Part shown: positions 61,810 through 63,255 of the stretch, piece by piece | Numbering within the stretch: the stretch's first letter is position 1 | Layout of the letters: every line of letters starts with the position of its first letter | DNA from: Macrostomum lignano | Lineage: Eukaryota | Assembly: GCA_002269645.1 (NCBI GenBank) | Contig: NIVC01001602.1 | Coordinates: 1-63,255 of the forward strand | Direction: 5' to 3' | Length of the DNA: 63,255 bases | Program-made: the position numbers and the translations under genes | Notes under the pieces: model-generated | The model's database searches: none | What the model was told of the DNA's origin: nothing | What the model saw: only the letters and a program-made list of their open reading frames with translations

Positions 61810-63255
61810 AAAATTTTATCCATGTGGACTCTTCATCGGACTATTGACAGATGGATTGATACAAACATGAGCCCACTATAATTTCATGTACCTGTAAAAC
61901 TGTACTCTGTAAATATTAAATGTTTTTCTCTGATATACATTACCTTTTTATCTGTTTATCAACATGCCGGGTGATTGCAGGATCTCGAATCATTTTCTTT
62001 GACTAAACAAAGAAGACGAAGATAAATTGTCAATTTTAGTCTCTAGAATAGAAATCATAATACTGTGTTAAATTTACGCGTTGACTCATGACAGATACAA
62101 TTCCTTTTGCTGCATCATCTGACTAGAAAATAAAACAATAGTGAGACGTCCGGGGGCTACGTCGACTGCTTCTTGCTTCTTTGAATCACGCCTTTTTAAA
62201 TCTGTTTAATCATCACGCGGAGTGATTCCAGAATATCGAATTCCTTTGTTTGACTAAACAATTGTCCAAAAAAGTCCTAGACTTAGACAATAGTCCTACA
62301 CTTGTACGCGTGAACTCATGAGAGGCGCAAAATATTCTACTGTTTCATGATCTGGATTGCAGGTAAAACAATGGTGAGAAGTCAGGAGGTTACGTTGACT
62401 GCTTCTTAGAACACCCTCAGTAAGCCAAGCAGAAAAAGCAGTAGGCAAGTAAATGCGTGTAGCGTGTATAATGCTTAGTAAGGACAAGCCAAGGACAGGA
62501 AGGAAGACTTGAAGAGCCTCGGAGACCAATAATATGGGAGAGAGCTAGAGTCCTCTTTTCCCTCCTCATTTCCCCCAAAATTCCAGAAGCAACCAATGTT
62601 GATTTTTTCCTAGCCCTTCCAAGGCTTGGCAAAGTCCTCAGATAAAGGCATTACGATGGGGGACAAGAAAAGTGCAACTTTTTAGAAAGTGCCTCTTTCT
62701 ACTAGTGCAGAGAGGGCTTGTTGCAGCAATTGGCTTTAAAAAAGAGAAGCATGAATACGAAGTTCAGCTGCCACAGTCAGAAAGAACAATTATTAAAAAA
62801 AGCCCTAATTTAATTGCAATGAACTTAGTTTAGTTTGATTTTAAAATCTGTGTAGGACTTCATAATGCCGATTTTAGGAATTTCAAACTTCTTGTTCGAT
62901 TCCGCCACATTAATTTGGTGGTGGTTAACGGGAAATTGACCGGGGTATTGTGCGATTCTCGCCTATGAGGACCAACCCGCAAGGTGCAGAGAGTGTAAAT
63001 GCCTGACACTCCTGAGTGCGTGCCCGCGTACAGTATTGGTGCGCTTGTAAATGCTGCCTCAGAACTGCCTCATCGCTGGTCTGTGGGACAATGTCTCCGA
63101 AGTTGCTGCGTCAATATTTTTATATTTTAGGACATTGTTTGATTACTTGCACTAATTAATACCGTGAGGGAAGGAGTAAACTTTGCTTAAACAGTTGGAA
63201 TTTTGCTAGAATTCCCATTTTGTTTCTACGAGTATGTTATTGAGTCATTAAATAT

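Overview
Eukaryotic (invertebrate animal-like) genomic DNA with GT-AG introns, microsatellites and nested transposons. The taxon cannot be established from sequence alone; a flatworm such as Macrostomum is only a guess. Left to right: (1) 214-8626 (-): 5' half of an FHOD/Fhos formin gene with two alternative N-termini that splice to the same acceptor; an intron holds a hAT-type element with an 8-bp TSD. (2) 14049-15632 (+): an intronless, atypical TKL-like kinase. (3) 17586-41233 (+): three tandem paralogues of a secreted signal peptide + PAN/Apple-like + ALK/LTK-type glycine-rich protein (one intact, two pseudogenes). They are interleaved with a fragmented kinase copy, LINE remnants, a 3.85-kb 16-bp satellite and CT-rich tracts. 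(4) 42760-61700: a transposon nest containing a truncated Ty3/gypsy gag-pol, a hAT MITE, a Tc1-like fragment and a complete ~16-kb CACTA/EnSpm element (45155-61117; CCC...GGG TIRs, CA TSD, subterminal repeats, intact 926-aa transposase). The CACTA element carries spliced cargo genes: a coiled-coil+BEN protein, an unknown protein and an HROB/MCM8IP-like OB-fold protein. The last is the most striking observation. All domain calls come from recalled motifs, not database searches.
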